Assembly: GCA_934725015.1 (NCBI GenBank)
Contig: CAKVAS010000005.1
Span: 123,088-187,087 of the forward strand
Length of the DNA stretch: 64,000 bases
Direction of reading: 5' to 3'
Source: an uncultured Bacteroidales bacterium
GTDB lineage: Bacteria; Bacteroidota; Bacteroidia; Bacteroidales; UBA932
Positions 55,266-63,800 of this stretch are shown here, one piece after another. Every line of letters starts with the position of its first letter. Position 1 is the stretch's first letter. The notes below the pieces were generated by a model. The model worked only from the letters and a program-made list of their open reading frames with translations. It made no database searches and was not told the DNA's origin. The position numbers were made by a program, and so were the translations under genes.

Positions 55266-55735
55266 ATTGCTGATTCGAGAATTATGCGGAGGATTATCCG
55301 GAGGGTAAGACAGGCGGCGAGGGCGGTGACGAGCGGGATGTCGCGGGTCGCGGCGGTTCTGGAGTGGCGGGTGTAGGGAAGCCAGAAGAGGAGGGTCGCG
55401 AGGGAGGAGACGATCAGGAAGAGGAGGAAATGGCGGAGCGGGAAATATGGGGTCAGACAGAGGACGAAGAGGAGGTCGCCGGTGCCGAGCATATCCGGAA
55501 GACGGCGTTTCCGCAGTCTTGCCCAGAGGGAGAGGGCGGCCCACAGGAGAACGCAGGTCAGGAGATTCCGGACGAGGTTCGACAAAGGCAGGCGCAGGCC
55601 GCCGCTCTCCATCACGGACACGAATATTACCACGGCGCCGAAAACCGCCAGATTGAGAATCCCTATCCTCCTGCACCTCAGGTCCGAGAACGCCAGCGCC
55701 GCAAGAGGCGGGAGACACATGAGACTCCACCACAT
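55262..55735 (-). CDS. short A24-family prepilin peptidase (no methyltransferase domain)
   Basis: 157 aa, polytopic, with two Asp motifs in context (AFSDLRCRRI and LGTGDLLFVL). The stop TGA overlaps the Rhs2 ATG (ATGA). Confidence 0.75.
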   Translation of the reverse strand: MWWSLMCLPPLAALAFSDLRCRRIGILNLAVFGAVVIFVSVMESGGLRLPLSNLVRNLLTCVLLWAALSLWARLRKRRLPDMLGTGDLLFVLCLTPYFPLRHFLLFLIVSSLATLLFWLPYTRHSRTAATRDIPLVTALAACLTLRIILRIILESAI

Positions 55736-55769
55736 ATATTCCTTGAAATCAGTTCATTGGCATTACGAT

Positions 55770-56183
55770 TCAGTCCTTCACGAGCTCCTTGAGCTTCTTG
55801 TCCTGGTCAATCTCCCAGACATTGAACTGCCCGTCCTTGTCGAAATCCACCACGGAGACGGCCTGGGCCTTGAAGCCCGAGTCGCCGGCCTCGACAATCT
55901 CGATGCGGTAGTTGGCGTTGCCGCCGTCGGTGACGAGAGGCTGCTGTTCGAAGCCAAGCTCTTCCAGATTGTCACAGTATCTTGAATAGGTGTAGAAATA
56001 ACTCTTCTGCAAGGTGTGGACAAAGGCGAGCTGCTGCTGAGCCTCCATGCTCTTGGCCTTGGAAATCAGCGGCATGAGGTTCGGGAGGGCAATCAGGACG
56101 AGTATGCCGATTATTACAAGGACTACCAGCATCTCCGGAAGCGAGAATGCCCGGAGACGCTTTTCCGAAACGCGCCGCATCAT
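55770..56183 (-). CDS. major pilin / GspG-like pseudopilin
   Basis: MMRRVSEKRLRA|FSLPEMLVVLVIIGILVLIALPNLMPLISKAK class III signal with Glu+5. A DFDKDGQ acidic loop lies near the C-terminus. 137 aa. Confidence 0.85.
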   Translation of the reverse strand: MMRRVSEKRLRAFSLPEMLVVLVIIGILVLIALPNLMPLISKAKSMEAQQQLAFVHTLQKSYFYTYSRYCDNLEELGFEQQPLVTDGGNANYRIEIVEAGDSGFKAQAVSVVDFDKDGQFNVWEIDQDKKLKELVKD

Positions 56184-56554
56184 TGCCCGTCCTCCCGCTT
56201 TTCTGACGGCATCTCCGCCGGAGTCTCCTCCTTTGCAGGCATTGCTTCCGGAGTCCCGGCAGTCCGGCTCCCGATTGTCTCCGGATTTCCGGCAGTCCGG
56301 TTCCCGGTTGTCTCCGAAGACCCTGAGGTACGGTTTCCGGCACTTGCGGAAGCCCCCGCCGACGAGGATTTCTGAGGAGTCATCGATGATGGTCGGGCAG
56401 TTTCCGCCGTTGACTGCTGCTCCGGAAGGGTGACCGTCACTCTCCCGATTCGGTTTCCGGCCGCGTCGTAGCTGTAGTTCACGACCTTTGTCTGAGCCTG
56501 CGCCGCAACGGCAAGCGCAAGGCAGCAGTGCGCTGTTATTAGTGTTCTTTTCAT
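56180..56554 (-). CDS. small secreted protein with one YD repeat and a repetitive low-complexity tail
   Basis: Signal MKRTLITAHCCLALAVAAQAQ, then VVNYSYDAAGNRIGRVTV (a single YD unit), then an S/T/G/P/E-rich tail with an 11-aa repeat GNRT(S/A)G.(S/P)ET.. Overlaps the pilin gene start by 4 nt. Confidence 0.65.
   Translation of the reverse strand: MKRTLITAHCCLALAVAAQAQTKVVNYSYDAAGNRIGRVTVTLPEQQSTAETARPSSMTPQKSSSAGASASAGNRTSGSSETTGNRTAGNPETIGSRTAGTPEAMPAKEETPAEMPSEKREDGQ
56248..56346. repeat. three tandem copies of a 33-bp repeat inside the small YD protein gene
   Basis: ccggagtcccggcagtccggctcccgattgtct, ccggatttccggcagtccggttcccggttgtct, and a third degenerate unit. Confidence 0.8.
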
Positions 56555-56572
56555 GTTTTCAGTTTTTTGACG

Positions 56573-57325
56573 TTATTTTTTAGCGCGGCATCCGAAGTTG
56601 AAGCGCAGGCCGACGGTGAGGTCGATGTGGCTGCAGCTGCGGAGGTCATCTCCCATATATTCGGCAATGGCCTCCTTCGTCAAAAGCGAATGCTCGACCG
56701 CGATGTCGTTTTTGTTCATGACGGCATAGAGGTATGAGAGCTGAATGCCGAAGGAAACATTGGGAGACAAACTCAAGTCATAGCCCAAATCCCAGCACAT
56801 ACCGGCCGTATCAGCCTTCAGCTTACCGTGTTCAATAAGATTGAAGTTGTCATAGTACCCGCAATAGCCTACGGCAAAGTTTGCGGTCAGGCAATGCTTT
56901 CCGTCAGGAGAATAGGAACGGGAACAAATCATCGGACCGATAAAAGGGATTGAGATATTCTCCGTAAGAGTAATCGCATAACCGCCAGTCGTACTCATAT
57001 CCACCGAAGCGCTCGAATACATCAGCTTTCCTTTTATTCCCGCGCCGAGCCCCTTCATAAAGAACCACGAGATGTCCCCGCCGACAACAGCGCCCCACCT
57101 CAGTTTGTTTGCATGGGATATAAGTTCCGGTTCTAAGTTGGGGTCGGTCTTTCCGATTCCATATCCTCCGCCGAAATCAACCCCGATTCTCAGCCGAGGC
57201 CAGACGAATGCGCTAACGGACGTCGAATCCGAAGCCTGCCCGCGCGTCCGGGCATCCGCCCCTGCCGACAGGCTCATAAGCGCCGCGCACAGAAGCACGG
57301 CAAAAATTACTTTCCTAGTTTTCAT
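56573..57325 (-). CDS. outer-membrane beta-barrel protein (small porin/OmpA-like barrel family)
   Basis: Signal peptide, alternating-hydrophobic beta strands, Gly/aromatic girdle and a terminal strand IDLTVGLRFNF. Confidence 0.7.
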   Translation of the reverse strand: MKTRKVIFAVLLCAALMSLSAGADARTRGQASDSTSVSAFVWPRLRIGVDFGGGYGIGKTDPNLEPELISHANKLRWGAVVGGDISWFFMKGLGAGIKGKLMYSSASVDMSTTGGYAITLTENISIPFIGPMICSRSYSPDGKHCLTANFAVGYCGYYDNFNLIEHGKLKADTAGMCWDLGYDLSLSPNVSFGIQLSYLYAVMNKNDIAVEHSLLTKEAIAEYMGDDLRSCSHIDLTVGLRFNFGCRAKK

Positions 57326-57337
57326 AGTCTTTATTGT

Positions 57338-57871
57338 TTATTCTGTTATTACTCCTTCAAATATCATTAACATATAATCGCCTACCACGCCCTTATCCCT
57401 AATGTAGCTTACTGTCGCATTATCAGACATGATTGTCCTTATGCACTCTTTGTATGCAATGTCGGCATTACTATCTATTCCGGAAATCAATCCCAATGCA
57501 AATAATTTATTCTCAGGACATAGATTATAGGCATTCAACATTTGCATCCTCGCCTCTTCCAATTCCATCTTGAACAACCACTCGCACCATGTGGCAAGCC
57601 ATCCACTCCAAAACAAAAAGTCTGCATTCGCGTAGAAAATCGATTTTCCTTCAATATAAACATCATATATTTTTTGCGCAGTAATTGAAACCACATCAAA
57701 CCCATTGACATCTGGCTGCATCGGAATTGCCTCCAACACATATAAAGCATTTAAATATGCATCAGGAGTCTCATCATACTCTTTTGAGTTAACAATTTGT
57801 AATATGTATTCCATTGCAGTACGCCAATCTTTTTTTGCGACAAGTTCTCGCAGAGATTCTTTCCAAGTCAT
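57338..57871 (-). CDS. hypothetical helical protein, AT-rich (candidate cognate immunity protein of Rhs3)
   Basis: Starts 13 nt after the Rhs3 stop. 177 aa, no signal peptide, no family recognised. Confidence 0.6.
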   Translation of the reverse strand: MTWKESLRELVAKKDWRTAMEYILQIVNSKEYDETPDAYLNALYVLEAIPMQPDVNGFDVVSITAQKIYDVYIEGKSIFYANADFLFWSGWLATWCEWLFKMELEEARMQMLNAYNLCPENKLFALGLISGIDSNADIAYKECIRTIMSDNATVSYIRDKGVVGDYMLMIFEGVITE

Positions 57872-57883
57872 ATAGAAATAGTA

Positions 57884-60800
57884 TTATGGTATATACATCG
57901 TCCCCAACATGGGCACACCATCGACAACATAGCCTCTAACCCAAACGTCATACCCATATATATTGGCATTTAATTGATAAAATCCAGACGCAGGATATCG
58001 ACCATTTATTGAGTACATTGCCGTCCTCACTAATCCTCGTTCACCCAGAAGGTCAACCAATGGGCCAAAATTATGTTTAGAGGCTAATATATGATGTATT
58101 TTGTTCGGATCGGACAAAGCCTTTGCAATTCCTTGTTCGATTAAATCATCTGGGATAAAATTACTACCCATCGGTTCTTCCACAGACGGCAATTTCAAGC
58201 CTTTTTGCGGAGAAGGACTCTGCGGAGAAGGATCCTGAGGAGAACGCGAAAAGTCAGCTAAATCAGCCGGTTTTTCAAGAGCACCTTCTCTAATAGTTGG
58301 AGAGGTCTTGTCCGAGATAACCTGCCCCGGTCTCATTGGGACATCCAAAGGTCGTCCATTCCAGAAATTCTGATGCCGGAATGCTGCATTAAGTCCCCCT
58401 GCGACACCACCGGCAAGTGCGCCGCCAAGACCTCCATACAAGGCTTGTATTCCACCGGCTTTAAGAGCATCCGAGAAACTTCCGCCACCCAGCAGCGTCA
58501 TGCCGAAACCATTAGTAAACCCTCCGACAAAGCCGCCAACCCCACCAGCGATAGCACCTCCGGCAAAGCCTCCGATGCCAATTGCAGAACCGACAGCGGC
58601 TCCAGCCGCGCCTCCGGCGAAACCGGCAATTCCACCAATTAAACCGCCGCCTATCATATAACCGGCCATTTCCCAACCGGTAGCACCCTTGGAATGGCCT
58701 ATTCTATAGCCACAATATGCGCCAATTGCGACACCAATCGCCGCGCCTATAATCAAAGCCGTGGTAATGACGAACTCCCCGTTCGGGTCAGTGTAGGAGA
58801 GCGGATTGTTAAGACCGTAGGAGTAGCGGTTGAAGGACTGGGTAAAGTCCGGGGCCTGTACATACGGGTCGGGCGAGAGGAAGCGGCAGAGGAGAGGGTC
58901 GTAGAGACGGGCGTTCATGTTGATGAGGCCGAACCACGGGAGGTGCTCGTGACCGGTGAAGCCCCGGCCGAGGTAGAGCGTCGGCTCTGTACCCGGAGCG
59001 TAAATCTCCTGCGTTTCAGGGTCGCGCAGCCGTCCCCACGGGTCGTAGCTGTACTCGGCGAGGAGCGTGCCGTCGGCCGTCACGATGTGGGTGATGCTGC
59101 CGAGATAGTCCCTGCCTATGTTCAGAGGTGTCCAGCTGCCGGAGCCCTCGCGGACGAGAACCATCGGGGCGGAGTAGGCGTCGCCGCCGAGGTAGAGGCG
59201 TTCGGTCGATGCGCCGCCGGACCTGATGTCCTGCTCGTAGCGGCCGCCGATGTAGTAGCGCGTGAGTTCAGGCGAGACGCCCTCGGCGTAGAGCATCTTC
59301 ACGCGGTCGCCGCTGCCGTTGTAGGTGAACGACGCGCTCTTCCCGCCCTCGACGAGGCGAGACGGACGGCCGTAGCAGGTGTAGCTGACGCTCTGCTCGC
59401 GGGACGGGACGAGGGAGTCGTCATCAGGGGTGAGGGAAGTCATCTGATACGGCCTCCGAGGGATGTTGCCATAGCTCATCGTCCCGACGCCATCGACTTT
59501 TGTGACATTGCCGTATGAGGTGTATGTTACCTTGCGCCCCTCCATCTCGGTCAGGCGGTTCAGCCCGTCGTAGGCGAATGTCTCCGAGAGACTGCGCGTG
59601 TTGTCCTGACGGACATACAGGTTGCCGGTCGGGAACTGGAAGGCATACTCAAAATCCATGAGGGAGCCGTCGTCCATCTTCCTTCCGGCAGGATGACCGT
59701 AAGGAGTGAAGCTGTAGGTTCTCGACACCTCGCCGGTCGTGACGCGAACCGGAGCGCCGAGGTCGTTTTCCTCGTCAAGGCGCATCACCACAGTGCCCTC
59801 GGAGAGGACGATGCCGGTGTTGGTCCCGTTCGACCAGATGTAGTTCTCCGTCGTGATGTCCCCGGTCTGATTCGTGTATCTGACGCTGTTCACCCGACTG
59901 CCCTTGCCGTAGGCGTAGCTCTTCTGAAGCCATTTGCCGTCCGGGACGGTCTCGCGCTCAGTAAGCACGCGGTCGTAACGGTCATAGGTGTAGGTCTTGC
60001 CCGTTCCGTTCGTGGAGGTCTCGGACTCGAGGCGGCCGAAAGCGTCGTAGGCGTATGAGGTGGAATATTCGCCGAGGCGGTCTATCTTCGTGACGCGGCC
60101 GAACTTGTCTATGTTCGTGACAATCTCCCCGTTCGGGTTGGTCTGCGTCCGCAGCGCCGTTCCGTCGGCGTTCCAGAGAGTCGTGTCGGTCTGCGTGCCC
60201 GCGCTCGGGTCGTCAATGCGGCAGCGACGGCCGTAGGCATCGTAGGAGAAGGTCGTGGCGATGCCGCCGGTGACCACGCCGAACGGCTGTCCGTCGTTTC
60301 GGAGGGTATATTCTATCCTGCCCCCGTCGTCAACTATTTTGACAAGGTTGCCCACAGCGTCGTAAGTCCGGCTGCGCGTCAATCCTTTGGCGGTCTCGAC
60401 GACAGTCGCACCGGAATAGGACCACGAGGATTCTGAACCGTCCGCATTCCGCTTCCGGGTCTTGCGTCCGTAGTCATCGTAGGTGTATTCTGCCCAGAGC
60501 CTTGCCGGAGCGGCATCGTTCTGTTGAGCAAGACGATATGGCAGAGATGTGCGATACAGCTGCCCCTTTGTGTTGTACTCATAATCGACGCAGCGCCATT
60601 TCCCGTCGAAGCAGCGGGTCATCGTACGGACTTTCCGGCCGAAGGAGTCGTAGTGGGTGACGACAGTCGGCTTGGTGTCGGAGGTCTCGGTCACCGTGTA
60701 GGTTCCCGCTCCGCCCCATTCGATGCGCTTCCATGAACGGTTGCCGTCCGGAGTGACAGTGCCTGTAACATTCCCCCAGCTGTCGTAGGACACTGAGGTC

Positions 60801-63800
60801 GTGTCTCCGTGGTGGTTCACGATGTGCGCGGGCTTTCCGAACCGGTTGTAGCCTGCATAGCGCGTCACCCGTCCAAGTTCATCCGTTTCGGATGCCACAT
60901 GACGGTGAGAGGCATCATAAGCCCACGATTTGGTCAGGAACTCAGTCGCCCCGTTACGCGCGGTCTTTTCGGATATGACATTGTCGTAGTCGTCGTAGGT
61001 CCACTCGGTCTGGGAGACTAGTCTTGTCTTGTCCAGATTGCGGGGTGGAATCAATGTCTGAACTGACGAGCCGGAGGACTGAACTCGCAAAGAATCCCTA
61101 ATCGGACGTATTTCCTCAGGAAGACACTCGCCGAGATAATCCCGACGGACGGAAAGACGATGTCGGCTGTCGTAAGTATATGTAGTCCTTTCCCGCCACT
61201 TTTTTGCAGCCACGCTCGCCCCCGTCTTATCAACAGTCGTCTTTGTCGGCAAGCCGAGAAGATAACAGGATGAGGACACACTATGCGAATATGTATAGGA
61301 TGATGTTTCCTGAAAAATATTGCCCGTCCCGACACGCCTTGTCACGGAAATTTTTGACGGATAGTCATAGTCTCCGTAAGTCGTGCTCGTCGTGGTCTTG
61401 AGTCCCGTCAGATTGTCCGTCACTACAGATTTCGTCAGACGAGGGTTCAGTTTCCCGTAGGTCGTTCTGTGGCTGTCGTAAGTGTTCTCAACGGTCTCGA
61501 ACGGATTGTCCATTCGGCTGAGCAGAGCCTTCGTGGAACCTGTAAGCACGCCACGCTTCTCCGGGGCGTATGTCTGAACGGCGGCGACCCTGTTCACATA
61601 ATCCAGACAGCGCATCTTCCCGAATCCGCAGAATCCCTGTCCCTTGCTGTTATACACGGCATCGTACCATGTGTAGTAATTATCCACGGTCTGCTCTGAA
61701 CTCAATTCGTTTGAGCTCGGGAATACCTTCACATGATAAATCATATTGGCCGAGAACGAACGACGGGAGAAACCGGATGCGAGGGAATACGTCCGAGAGA
61801 CATCCTTCTGATAGACATTCGCAGACTCGGACATATCCTCGTACTCATTGACATGAGTCACACCATAACTGTCCTCGAAGCACGTCAGCAGCCTGTTCTT
61901 GCTGAGATTGTCGGAATATTTATAGCCCATTACCCGGAATCCATCGACTACGACGAATTGGGTAGGTTCACTATAGCGCAGGAGATTCATTGGAATCACC
62001 CCATCATTCTTAGGCAGTGTGACGGACGATATGTTCGCATTTTTAGTAAAACCGGCCTTGTGGTTTATGAAAAACGAGAGTTTAGTGCCGTTTATTGTGA
62101 ATTTCAGAAGATCCGCAAGCCCGTCGCCGTTGATGTCCATAAGCATGAAACGGTCATTTTCAGCTCTTGAGCATATTTCGTAGTTATATCCCCAAAATGA
62201 ATTTCCTGTGAAACAATATGCCCTCCAAACATTTCCCGAATCTTTCCCCGGAGCCCTGACAATGTCCAGCAGCCCGTCTCCGTTTATATCCGAATAGAAA
62301 AACATCTGATCCTTCAGGTCATTGTATGTCAAACCGGTGAAAGTCTTGAACTTATAGAATGTGCGGTCGCTTGCAAGATATGAGTAACGGTCAAGTCCAG
62401 ATGCCGTCAGATTGCAGAGTTCCGTGATACCGTTGCCGTCAATGTCAGCCATGACAAGTCTGTATTCGCCTCCGTTCCCGAGGTCAAACAGTTTGCTTTC
62501 GCTGCACAGCCCGGTCTTGAGGTCAATCACAGAAGTGTAGGACTGTCGCCCATTGCCTCTAAAGTCTGTGTTGTAGGATATGGTGACAAGCTGAGCACCC
62601 CCGCTCGCGTCAAATTTTCCGAACCAAAACGCTCTTCGCTGAGGACTCCACAATTGGTTTCCGTCGTTTACGACTCCCGTAACCTTCGTGTCGATGACTG
62701 TCGAATCAAGAGCCGTTGCCGAACCATTGAACTTGTAGATCTTGATTCGCAGCTTTGTGTAGTTCCCGTCGAGTCCGTTGAAATTAACCTTGACAATCTC
62801 GTCTGTCCCGTCATCATCCACATCCAGCGCTTCGATTGTCTGGAAACCGGAATCCGCCCTGATAGTCAAATCAACAGGACTTCCGACACACGGTGCAACA
62901 ATGATTGCCTGATTCGCAGAATATGAACTATTGCGCTGATAATATTTCTTGAACCAATGCGTTTTGGTCGCTACAACTGCGTATGTATCAAATATCGGCA
63001 GCATTATCACGCCGTCAGAATAGTTGCCTGACATGAACTTGCCGCGAACATAACGAACGCTGCCGCTCGTAAATGCCTGTCTCAGGTAAGTGCCGTCACT
63101 GGTTTCCTGAAAATCCGGCACATACTGATGTCCGAGAGGGAGATTGCCGTAAGTGAAAGTCAATGGAGACAGTCTGACATCTCCGCTGGTGCAGCCGATT
63201 GCATCAAGAACATAGGAATACGCGATGGTGTCGAACGATTGCGTCAGATTATATGTACACAACAATTCCGAACCGGAATATACCGAGATGCTTTTAAGAA
63301 GTCGTCCCAAAGACACCCGTTGCCCGGCATAATAGGAATGGTAGGAATCAACGCGGTTGATTTCATAGGAGAATGTGATGCGGCCGATTTCTTTGGAGGC
63401 CTTGTCCTTGAGCCGAATGTCCCAAGGCCAATACTGCACGCCGTGGTCGTAGTCCGCATGATAATTCACCACAATGACATTCCCATGCAAGTCCGTCATT
63501 TCCGTCAAAGGATACGATGTCCTTGTCTCGGAATTGCCCTTGAAGCCATACACCGCCCTTGAACCATTCGGAAGCAGAGCCTCAAAGTATTTCACGACCT
63601 CACCGGACTTGACCATTTTGACGAGTATATGCCCGGTTGCCGTCTCGTATTGATATTCCTCCTCCAAGGCAGTCACGGATGTGTTCACAATCCGCACGCC
63701 GTCCAAAGCAAAAACAGAAGTCTTGTTGTCAATTGACGGAGCCAGCGCAGTCCCATCGTAGTAGAGGTTTTTACCCGTCATGGTAATCGATGACAATCCC

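Noticed and set aside
55266-55733. The track's 2250-aa version of Rhs2, starting at 55733
   Set aside because: The extra 156 codons are Pro/Arg-rich, and they overlap the prepilin peptidase gene in another frame. The sequence from Met157 (55265) is a textbook signal peptide matching the Rhs1 and Rhs3 layout.
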